Source: Dictyostelium discoideum (lineage: Eukaryota). Taken from it: 64,000 bases of DNA. The stretch covers positions 6,368,001-6,432,000 of the forward strand of contig CM000151.3 in the NCBI GenBank assembly GCA_000004695.1, given 5' to 3'. Shown here piece by piece: positions 54,563-64,000 of the stretch. Position numbers and translations under genes: made by a program. The notes beneath the pieces are model-generated. The model saw only the letters and a program-made list of their open reading frames with translations. It was not told the origin of the DNA and made no database searches. Positions within the stretch are counted from its first letter, which is position 1. Each line of letters starts with the position of its first letter.

Positions 54563-56587
54563 ATGATTTCTTTAATTAAGAAATCAAATAAAAATTTAAT
54601 TTCAAATACTAGTTTAAATTTAATAAATAGATTTACAACTACAACTCCAACTCCAACAACATCAACATCAAATAATAATGAAATTATTAAATCAAATAAA
54701 TTTATAAATATTTTTAGATCAAATTTATTTATACCATTTCAAAATGATCAAAAGATTGGTAGTGATATGTTAGAGAGTCAATTATTAATGCAAAAAGGTG
54801 GATTAATTAGAAGATTATCAGCAGGTACATATTCAACTTTACCATTAGCTCAAAAGGTTATGGAAAATATAATAAAGATAATTGATGAAGAGATGGAAAA
54901 AGTTGGTGGTCAAAAAATGTCAATGCCAAAAATGTTACCAAGAGAACTTTGGGAAAAAACTGGTAGATGGGATTCAGCAGGTGACGATTTAATAAAATTA
55001 AAGGATAGAAAAGGTGAAGAGTATTGTTTAGCACCAACTCATGAAGAGGTTATAACAACCATAGTTGCCAATGAGTCATTGTCAAATAGTAGTTTTCCAA
55101 TTAAATTATATCAAATCGGTGAGAAATATCGTGATGAGGTTAGACCAAGATTTGGATTATTAAGAGGTCGTGAATTTACAATGAAAGATATGTACTCTTT
55201 CGATACAAGTAAAGAAGCTGCTGAAATCACCTATTATCAAGTTAAACAAGCCTATCATAACATTCTTGAAAGATTAGAATTACCCTATGCTTGTGTTGAA
55301 GCTGATTCTGGTAATATTGGTGGTAACATGTCTCACGAATTTCAAGTATTAGCCAATGTTGGTGAAGATTCTTTAATCTATTGTAAAAATTGTAATTATC
55401 ATGCAAATATTGAAAAAGCAAAAGGTTTACCATCAACAAATATTAAAAATTTAAAAAAACAAAAATCAATTTTAAATAAACAAATTAATCAAGAAATTAA
55501 TAATAATAACACCAATGATAATCAAGAAATTAATATAAAAATTAAAGAAATTGAAAATGAAATTAAAAATTTTAAAAATATTAAATTATCAATTATGAAA
55601 ATTACAACATTACCTTCAAATTCTGATAAAGAAATTGAAGAAATAGCTCTCATTATAAATAAATTAAATGATAATTTTAATCAATATAGTATTAAACCAA
55701 ATTATAATGATATTAAACAAACTCAAGTTTTATCACCTGAAGAATATAAAAAATATCGTTCAATTATTATGAAAGGAATTGAAAGTAAAAATGTTGATAA
55801 TAATAGCGATAAATTATTATCATTTGAAGAAATTATTAAACATAAATTATTTATTGATGGATCAGTTGAATTTGATGAAGAATCAATTTATAAACCATTG
55901 AAATCATTATTAAAGAAATTATTAAAGAGAGATTTAAGTAGAAAAGATGATTTGATTTTATCAATGAATCGTGGTCAAAATTTCAGAGAAGCTATTAAAG
56001 GTGATCTTTGTGTACAACCTGTTTGTGATGGTAAATCATTATTGGATACAAAGAGGGGTATCGAAGTTGGCCATATTTTTTATTTAGGTACTAAATATTC
56101 TTCAAAATTGGGTGCTTATTATACTGGAGCTGCTCAACAAAGAATTCCATTGGAAATGGGTTGTTTTGGTATTGGTGTATCACGTTTATTAGCTACTATT
56201 GTTGAAACTTTTAGTAAGGAAGAAACTGGTTTCATTTGGCCACAACAAGTTGCACCTTATCAAATTATCATTGTTCCAAAACATCTTAAATCTCAATTAT
56301 CACTTGCTGAATCAGTCTCTGAACAACTTCAAACTGAAATTCCATATTTAAAATCACGTATTATCATTGAAGATCGTTCTAAAGCTCATTTCGCTCAAAA
56401 AGTTTTAGAATCAAAATTCATGGGTATTCCTTACTTTTTAGTAATTGATAATAATAATAAATCAATTGAACTTGGTGAATCATCAACAAAAGTTAATTCT
56501 TTCAAAATTGAATATAAATCTGAAACTCCAACTTTAATTCAAAATCAATTTGATTTAATTAATTATTTTAAAAATAAATTTAATTAA
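54563..56587 (+). CDS. Prolyl-tRNA synthetase, bacterial/mitochondrial type (class II aaRS), probable mitochondrial import
   Basis: 'SAGTYSTLPLAQKV...PKMLPRELWEKTGRW...CLAPTHEEVIT...YQIGEKYRDEVRPRFGLLRGREFTMKDMYSFD' are class II motifs 1-2 of ProRS. C-terminal anticodon-binding region. The N-terminus is S/T/N-rich and presequence-like. A large Asn/Lys-rich insertion lies between the catalytic core parts. Confidence 0.75.
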   Translation: MISLIKKSNKNLISNTSLNLINRFTTTTPTPTTSTSNNNEIIKSNKFINIFRSNLFIPFQNDQKIGSDMLESQLLMQKGGLIRRLSAGTYSTLPLAQKVMENIIKIIDEEMEKVGGQKMSMPKMLPRELWEKTGRWDSAGDDLIKLKDRKGEEYCLAPTHEEVITTIVANESLSNSSFPIKLYQIGEKYRDEVRPRFGLLRGREFTMKDMYSFDTSKEAAEITYYQVKQAYHNILERLELPYACVEADSGNIGGNMSHEFQVLANVGEDSLIYCKNCNYHANIEKAKGLPSTNIKNLKKQKSILNKQINQEINNNNTNDNQEINIKIKEIENEIKNFKNIKLSIMKITTLPSNSDKEIEEIALIINKLNDNFNQYSIKPNYNDIKQTQVLSPEEYKKYRSIIMKGIESKNVDNNSDKLLSFEEIIKHKLFIDGSVEFDEESIYKPLKSLLKKLLKRDLSRKDDLILSMNRGQNFREAIKGDLCVQPVCDGKSLLDTKRGIEVGHIFYLGTKYSSKLGAYYTGAAQQRIPLEMGCFGIGVSRLLATIVETFSKEETGFIWPQQVAPYQIIIVPKHLKSQLSLAESVSEQLQTEIPYLKSRIIIEDRSKAHFAQKVLESKFMGIPYFLVIDNNNKSIELGESSTKVNSFKIEYKSETPTLIQNQFDLINYFKNKFN

Positions 56588-57311
56588 AATAAAATAATAA
56601 TTAAAAAAAAAAAAAAAAAAAAAAAAAAGTTTTAATTCTTTTATTCTATTTGTTTTTTTTATTTACAAATCAATTTGATTTAATTAATTATTTTAAAAAT
56701 AAATTTAAAATAAAATAAAATAATAATAATCATAATAATAATAATAAAAATAAAAAATAAAAATAAAATAAATAAATAAAAAGTTACTATATGTAAACTT
56801 TTATATCTAATTTAAATTTTATTTTTGATTACTTTATACTTGTCTGAAGAGAAGAAAAAAAAAATAAAAAAATAAAAAAAATAAAAAAAATAAAATAAAA
56901 TAAAAACACAGTAATATGTAAATACAACCCAAAAATCAAATACATATCTGTGTAACATTTTTTAGGAATCTTACAATTTAATGGCACTTAAAAGTAGATG
57001 GATCAAATTTCCAAAAAATTAAAAAAAAAAATAAAAATAAAAAAAAAAAATATGAAAAAATTTATCCACTTTTTTTTTTTATCAAATGATTTATTTGAAA
57101 ATTTTCATGAAAATTTTCTATATTTAGAATCATCGGTTTGATGTAATAAAAACCCATGGGTGCAAACATTTCAATAAAATACAAAAAAAAATAAAATAAA
57201 AAATATAATAAAAAAAAAAGTTACTATATGTAAACTTTTATATCCATTTAAAAAACTCAAAATTTTTAATTTTATATTGTCACCCATGTCAAATCCGATA
57301 ATTAAAAAAAT

Positions 57312-57347
<36 letters not shown>

Positions 57348-57498
57348 AAATCAAATCAAAATAATTATAAAAAAAATAATTAAAAAAAAAATTTAAAAAT
57401 AAAATTAATTATAAAAATATTATTGATGAGCGGTTTTGATTGAAAAAAAAAAAAAAAAAAAACAATTCATGTAAAATGAAAAAACCAATTTTTATAAT

Positions 57499-57538
<40 letters not shown>

Positions 57539-58105
57539 TTTTTTTCAAATTAAAAAAAAAAAAAAAAATATTTATTTATTTATTAATTCAAATTTCATAT
57601 AAATAATATTAATAAAAAAAATCTTTATTTTTGATTTTCTTTATTCTTATTTGTAATTGTATATAATAGTAAAAAAAAAAAATTCTCAGATTTGTAAGTC
57701 CTTCCCTTTTTTTTTTTTTTTATTTTTTTTTTTTTCCAAAAATAAAAAATAAAATAAAATAAATTAGATTTCACAACAATGAACAACAAAATACAAAAAA
57801 AAAAAAAAAAAAAAGAAGAGAAAAGAATAAATAAAGGAAACAAAAAAATCTTCTAGTTGAAGATATTAAATAAATTTTTTATTTAAACATTTGACAAAAA
57901 AAAATAATAAAAAATTTATCAAAAAAAATAATTAAAAGAAAGAATAAAAAAAAAAAAAAATAATAACCAAAAAAAAAAGAAAAAAAAAAAAGAAATATAT
58001 TACATGTGGAAAAAAAAAAAAAAAAAAAAACTAAAAAAAAAAATAGATAAAAAGATATATAATAGATAGTGTTCGTTTATCAACCACTTTATTCAAGTTA
58101 TGATT

Positions 58106-58138
<33 letters not shown>

Positions 58139-58412
58139 GCAAAACAAAAATTATTTTTTTTCAGTTTTTTTTTTCATAAAAAAAATTTGATTTTTTATTT
58201 TTATTTTTTTTATTTTTTTTATTTTTTATTTTTTTTTTTATTTTTTTTTTTTTTTTTATAAATTTTTTTTTTTTTTTTTCATTTTAGAAATCTTTTTTAA
58301 CAACCCAACTTTTTTTTTTCATTATCCCCTGTTGTACTATTAAAAAATTTATTATTATTTTTCAAATTTCTCCAATTCTTTGTATTAAATTTTCCTCAAC
58401 CATAAAATAAAA

Positions 58413-58486
58413 ATGGTAAATTTTTATAATTAATATAAAACCTTTAAATAAATAATTAAAAGTTTTAAATAAAAAAATAAACAATT

Positions 58487-58550
<64 letters not shown>

Positions 58551-59239
58551 ATATATAAAAGAATAATAGAAAATAAATAAATAAATAGATAATAAAAATA
58601 AATAACAGTAATAGCAGTAATGATATGATGATGATGATAATAATAAAAATAAATAATAAGAATAATAAAAATAAATCCAAATGATAATTTTATTTAGTTA
58701 ATAATTTTTATTTTTTTTTTTTTTTTTTTATATATATAATATTAATAGGCCTCAACCAAAAGAAGATTAAACAGAGAAGAATCATCTGTAGTTTTAGGTG
58801 AAGAACAAGTTGCTGAATTAAAAGAAGCTTTTGAACTCTTTGATAAAGATAGAACTGGTTTCATTAAAAAGGATGCCTTAAAAACCACCTGTAAACAATT
58901 TGGTGTTTTTGTTATGGAAGATCAATTAGATGCCATGTTTGCTGAAGCTGATACCACCAAATCTGGTGCTATTGGTTTCCCAGAATTTATGTCAATGATG
59001 TCCCGTCGTATGAAACAAGTATGTATTTTTTAACTCAATCACTCAAAATATTACATAATAATCCTGTAACTGAATCAGTTACAATTTCCATATTTCTTTT
59101 TTTTTGAACTTTTTTTTTTTTTTTTGAAAATTTTTTCAACCAAAAAAAAAAAAAACCCAACCCACATTTTTCAAATAATTAAAACTTTCCTTGTGACAAA
59201 AAAAAAAAATTGGGAAAAAAAAATTTTGGGAAAAAAAAA

Positions 59240-59275
<36 letters not shown>

Positions 59276-59552
59276 AGGAACTAACAAAAAAAATTTTTTT
59301 TTTTATTTTTTTCCTTCTTTTATCATTTTTTAATTTTAGACTTCAAATGAACAAATTTTAATGAACGCTTTTAAAACTTTTGATCCAGAAGGTAATGGTT
59401 ACATCTTAACAAAAGATTTATCTAAAGCCTTAACAACTTTGGGTGATAAATTAACTGAAGCAGAGTTACAAGAATTGTTATCAATTTCAGAAAACGAACA
59501 AAAGCAAGTTAAATATGACCTTTTCGTTAATACTCTCTTCAGTAAAAAATAA
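58413..59552 (+). CDS. mlcR: Myosin regulatory light chain (EF-hand, 161 aa); three exons with an ATG-only first exon
   Basis: Exon 1 58413..58415 (ATG followed by GTAAAT), exon 2 58749..59018 (acceptor ATTAATAG, donor GTATGT), exon 3 59340..59552 (acceptor AATTTTAG). The product MASTKRRLNREESSVVLGEEQVAELKEAFELFDKDRTGFIKKDA...TSNEQILMNAFKTFDPEGNGYILTKDL...LFSKK is a calmodulin-fold protein consistent with D. discoideum mlcR. Confidence 0.7.
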
Positions 59553-59906
59553 AGTGATTATTAAATAGTGGAAAAAAAAAAAAAGTATGTTAAAAACGTT
59601 TAGGGAGAAGAAATTAAATAAAAAAAAAAAAAAATATATAAAAAAAACAAAAAAAAAAAAAATCTATATTTAAATAAAACCCTGAATATGTAAAAATATA
59701 TTTTTTTAAAAATGTCTAATGACATTTCTTTTTTTTTTTCCATTTTTTTTTGATTTAAAGAATATGGTTCTAAATAATTCGTAAATGAAAAATCAAAAAA
59801 AATATCTTTTTTTTTTTTAAACAATTTTTTTTTTTTATTTTTCACTGTTTTGTTTGCATTTTTTTTTTTTTTTTGTTGAGTTTAAAAAATCTTAAATAAA
59901 TTAATA

Positions 59907-60684
59907 ATGATTAAAATTATTTTTACCTTTATTTTATTATCTGTTTTATTGTATCTTTCTGAATCAAAATTTGCAAATTTTTTACCCCACTCAAATAATG
60001 ATTGTAGTGATGGAAATCCATATGGTAATGTTCATAATTATTAACCCTTTCAAATTTATTTTTTTATTTTTTTATTTTTTTTGTTTGGAGCTAATTCAAA
60101 GGGTTTTTAATTAAATAGGTATAGGTTATTCAATACAATTAAATATATGTATATCAGCTATTTCAAGTAATCTTTTTTTAAAATTAGGAAATAGCAATAA
60201 TAGTAGTAGTAGTAGTAGTAGTAGTAGTAATGATGATAATGATAATTTATTGATAGTAGAACAATATGAAGGTGGTGAATGTTCACAAGAAAATCCAACC
60301 ACAACTAGTTATTTTAAATTGGATAGTAATAAAAATACTTGTATTACAACACCATATTTTCAAGAATTAAATAGTACAACAAGTCCACCAATTCTTTATT
60401 CAAAGGTTGTTATTAGTGATATACCAATTTTTCCCAAAAATTCAATTGTTTTTGGTCAATTTGAACAACAATGTATCTCAAATAATCTATTATATTCATA
60501 TTCTTTTTCAAATGGTTTGAAGCTTATTGAAGATAGTGCTAATAATATAACAGATACCTATATTTGTTCAAAGAACAGACCAGCCTTACAATATTGCATT
60601 GCTGGAAAATGTATTATAAAAAAAATTGAAGAGAAATGTATTGGTACAACTGACTTGAAAATTAGTGCATTTTGTCAAAATTAA
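59907..60684 (+). CDS. Small secreted Cys-containing protein (about 205 aa) with poly-Ser tract; two exons
   Basis: Exon 1 59907..60024 (signal peptide MIKIIFTFILLSVLLYLSESK; donor GTAATG) and exon 2 60188..60684 (acceptor AAAATTAG), phase 1. 10 Cys, no recognisable family. Confidence 0.45.
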
Positions 60685-60754
60685 TTAAATAAAGAAAAAA
60701 TTATATTGATTATTATTTATTATTAATTATAAACTATTATTATAATTTTACCAT

Positions 60755-60786
<32 letters not shown>

Positions 60787-60865
60787 TGTTCAGTATTAGT
60801 TGAGTTTTAATTTTTTTTTTATTTGTAATATTTTCTTAAAATTTTTAAAAATTTTTATTGCAGTA

Positions 60866-60984
<119 letters not shown>

Positions 60985-61265
60985 TATTTAAAAAATTAAC
61001 AATTAATTTTATAAAAATTAATTTTCATTTCCTTGATTTATCAACTAAAAGAAATCAGAATTTCATAACCAAATTTTTTAGATGTATTAGTGGTGTTAAT
61101 CTCTGATTATTATTTAAACTTATTTTTTTTTTAAATTATAAATAAATTATTTTGAAAAATTTTATCTTTTTTCTGTTTTATTTTTTTTTTTAAATTAATT
61201 AATTTTTTTTTCCTAAACAGTTTTAAAGAAAAAAAAAAAAAATAAAATAAAAAGAATTAATCAAA

Positions 61266-62461
61266 ATGAAATATATACATCATATATTCATAATTTTATT
61301 AATTTTTGTGTTTGCAAGTCTAAATAAAGTAGAGGCTGGTAATTTCCTTTTTCCACCAGTTCCAAGTTTGTATTTTGCATTTATATTAAAATTAAAGTTT
61401 TATTTTAAAAATTATTATTAATTTTTTTTTTTATTATAAAAAAAATAGCTAAACCACCGAAAACTCCTAAACCTGTAAGACCAACTTCTTCTCCATTAGG
61501 ACCTCCTGAAAAAAATGATGAAAATTATGGTACACCAGTCAATGGTGATAGACCAAAATGGATTGAAAGATCAGCACATTTATTAACCAATATACTTAGA
61601 ATTGATCCACAAGGATATAAAAAAATGTTTTTTACAGGAGGAGAAACTATGTATAATGTTTTATCTAAAGGTGGAATATATCAACCAATGCATCCATTAT
61701 ATTATAGAAGAGATCTTGATAAATCAGCATTGTCTCATTCAGAAGATATGTCATCAACACCTTGCTTCCAACATCCATCATGTAATGGAACTGATACAGA
61801 TACTCGTTTACGTTACTTTTACACTGGATGTGGTGACCCAAATCAAGACGAAAGTAGTTATGGTGAAAATATTTTAAAAGGAATGAAAACTGCTAAAGAT
61901 TCAATCAATTATTGGATATGTGAAAATTGGCCTATAGGAAATGGAATTTGTGTTTCTGATGGATCAAATGATGGCCATAGAAGTAATCTATTAAATAGTG
62001 ATTTTTATTCGATTGGAATAGCATCAAAATTAAGTAATGTTGATTCATTAGTTTATTGGACTCAAGATTTTGATAGTTCAATTTGTCCAATGGATATCGC
62101 AGATTTACCAATTCATAGTGGCTCTCATATCTTTTCAGATGATAAATCATCTTGTACATTTGGTGTAACATTTTTTTCAGAGAGGAAATCCATTACATCA
62201 GTAATGGGAAAGGTTTATATCAATTATAATACAGAAATAACTGAAGAACCATTTGTTTTTGATTTAACCTTGAAAATTGGATCGACAACAAAAGGTGTTT
62301 ATTTTTATGACACTTCAAACTTTTCAAAAAATGATTCTTATTATTTTGAATTTACAATTCTGGATAATTCTAAATCAATAACCTATAGATATCCACAGAA
62401 AGGATATTTAAGATTAATTGATGAATCAATTTTAGATGAACCATCTTGGGTTAAAGTTTAA
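61266..62461 (+). CDS. Secreted protein (about 370 aa), possibly CAP/SCP-like; two exons, first-exon donor ambiguous
   Basis: Exon 1 starts at ATG 61266 (signal peptide MKYIHHIFIILLIFVFASLNKVEA) and ends at 61338 (GTAATT) or 61365 (GTTTGT). Exon 2 61449..62461 (acceptor AAAATAG), phase 1 for either donor. 'YWICENWPIGNG' resembles the CAP C-N-x-x-P-x-GN motif (weak). Confidence 0.45.
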
Positions 62462-62682
62462 AATAAATTTTTAAAGTTTTTTTTTATTTATTTTTTAAAA
62501 AAAATTTATTTTATATATTTTAAATTATAATTTAATAATAACATTTATTTTATTTTAATTTATTATTATTATTATTATTATTATAATTTAAATTTGATAT
62601 AAGAAAATAATTATTCTATTTTTCAGAATTTATATATTTGGAAATCAAATTGATGTTGGTTAAAATTAATTAATTCAATTAT

Positions 62683-63233
62683 TTATTTTTTAATAGTTTC
62701 ATCATCAATATCTTCTTCTATAATTTCATCATCATTTTCAATATCAAATTCATCACTGGTTTGATCATTTCCTTCTTCTTCTTGTTGTTGATTAATTAAT
62801 GGTTTTGATTTAATTAATTTATCTCTTAATTTATTTTCAATTTCTACTAAAAGATTTGGTTGAGTCTTTTCTAAAAGGTATTTAGTCTTTTCCCTACCTT
62901 GGTCTAATTTAATATCGTTATAACTATACCAAGATCCCATTTTATCTATAATTCCTTCTGCAACTGCAAGATCAATGATTTCACCAGTTTTATTTATACC
63001 AGATTGGAAATCAATATCAAAAATTGCCTCTTTAAATGGTGGTGCTAATTTATTTTTTACAACTTTTGCTTTTACTTGTGATGCAATAATATCATCTCCT
63101 TTTTTAACTGTTCCAACTTTTCTAATATCAATTCTAATTGATGAAAAAAACTATTCCAAAAAAAAAAAAAAAAAACAATAAATTAAAAAAAATAAAAAAT
63201 AAAAAAAATATTAATTATTTATAAATAAATATA

Positions 63234-63277
<44 letters not shown>

Positions 63278-63903
63278 ACCTTTAAAGCATTACCACCAGA
63301 AGTTACTTCAGGATTACCAAACATAACACCAATTTTCATACGAATTTGATTTATAAAAATTAAAACACAATTTGAATCTTTTAATGTTGGAGATAATTTA
63401 CGTAAGGCTTGTGACATTAAACGAGCTTGTACACCAAGATGAGAATCACCCATTTCACCTTCGATTTCAACTCTTGGAACCAAAGCTGCAACACTATCAA
63501 CAACGATAACAGACATTGTTTTTGAACGAAGTAAAGAATCAACGATTTCTAATGCTTGTTCACCATTGTCAGGTTGAGAAACGAATAGTTCATCTAAATT
63601 TACACCTAAACGTGCAGCCCATTGTGGGTTTAGTGCATGTTCAGCATCGATAAAAGTACAATTTCCTCCAGCTTTTTGAGCTTGAGCAATGACATGTAAT
63701 GCTAAAGTTGTTTTACCACTACTTTCAGGTCCAAATATTTCAGTGACTCTACCTTTTGGTAAACCTCCTACTCCTAATGCAATATCTAATCCCATTGATC
63801 CTGATGGTATAACTTCAACTTTTTGAGTTGAAAATTGGGACCCTAATTTCATTAATGTACCTTTACCAAAACTTTTCTCTAATTCTTTTAAAACATTCTC
63901 CAT
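62683..63903 (-). CDS. recA: Bacterial-type RecA recombinase (mitochondrial RecA homologue); two exons, N-terminal presequence exon probably beyond the window end
   Basis: Exon 63903..63289 (Walker [10 protein letters not shown]; '...[27 protein letters not shown]', donor GTAAAT) and exon 63150..62683 (acceptor GGAATAG; '[13 protein letters not shown]...[20 protein letters not shown]...'). The intron is 138 bp. The frame stays open upstream of the first ATG to a TAA at the window edge, with a TATATAG acceptor-like site near 63985, so the true 5' end is probably outside the window. Confidence 0.75.
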
Positions 63904-64000
63904 TGATGATGAAGATGCTGATTTTTTACTTGTTTTACTTGTTTCAATTTCTCCATCTTCATCATCTTCATCTTTCTTTGATTTCTCTATATAATGTTAA

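Noticed and set aside
62975-63181. 68-aa + strand ORF
   Set aside because: It is antisense to the well-conserved second exon of RecA.

Overview
The window is not prokaryotic. It looks like nuclear DNA of a dictyostelid social amoeba, very probably Dictyostelium discoideum. Supporting signs: about 78% A+T, very long oligo(dA)/(dT) tracts, poly-Asn/Gln coding microsatellites, short AT-rich GT..AG introns, a tRNA-targeted TRE5-type non-LTR retrotransposon, and a calmodulin-like gene whose product reads as the myosin regulatory light chain. No CRISPR, operon or bacterial defence architecture is present.

I delineate about 25 protein-coding genes, many needing 1-2 short introns to be joined. Those with recognisable products are:
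- IPT/TIG-type repeat surface protein, partial, with a TQTTG mucin-like tail
- secreted GH5 glycosidase
- Vps33-like Sec1 protein
- peroxisomal (C-terminal SKL) enoyl-CoA hydratase/isomerase
- RPA34-like protein
- F-box-like protein
- acid lipase
- ATP synthase epsilon
- EMC1
- mitochondrial ProRS
- mlcR
- bacterial-type (mitochondrial) RecA, partial

Two tRNA genes are present, Ser-AGA and Arg-ACG. Each has a TRE5-like insertion 45-46 bp upstream, and a TRE3-like 3' fragment lies downstream of tRNA-Ser. One TRE5 copy is full length (about 6.5 kb, ORF1 plus EN-RT ORF2) and carries 6.3 tandem 198-bp A-module-like repeats.

Observations worth a second look:
- a tandemly duplicated locus whose intact copy appears to encode a single protein with two kinase domains (STE-like plus TKL-like), the second copy being partly decayed
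- a roughly 1556-aa PH domain, two beta-sandwich repeats and a kinase with HLD/DFN substitutions (putative pseudokinase)
- a three-exon type I membrane protein made of parallel beta-helix repeats
- five tandem micro-units of the form 13 bp + (A)n + 14-bp direct repeat beside the retroelements
- long internal oligo(A) tracts inside the TRE5 element, one of them joining ORF1 to ORF2
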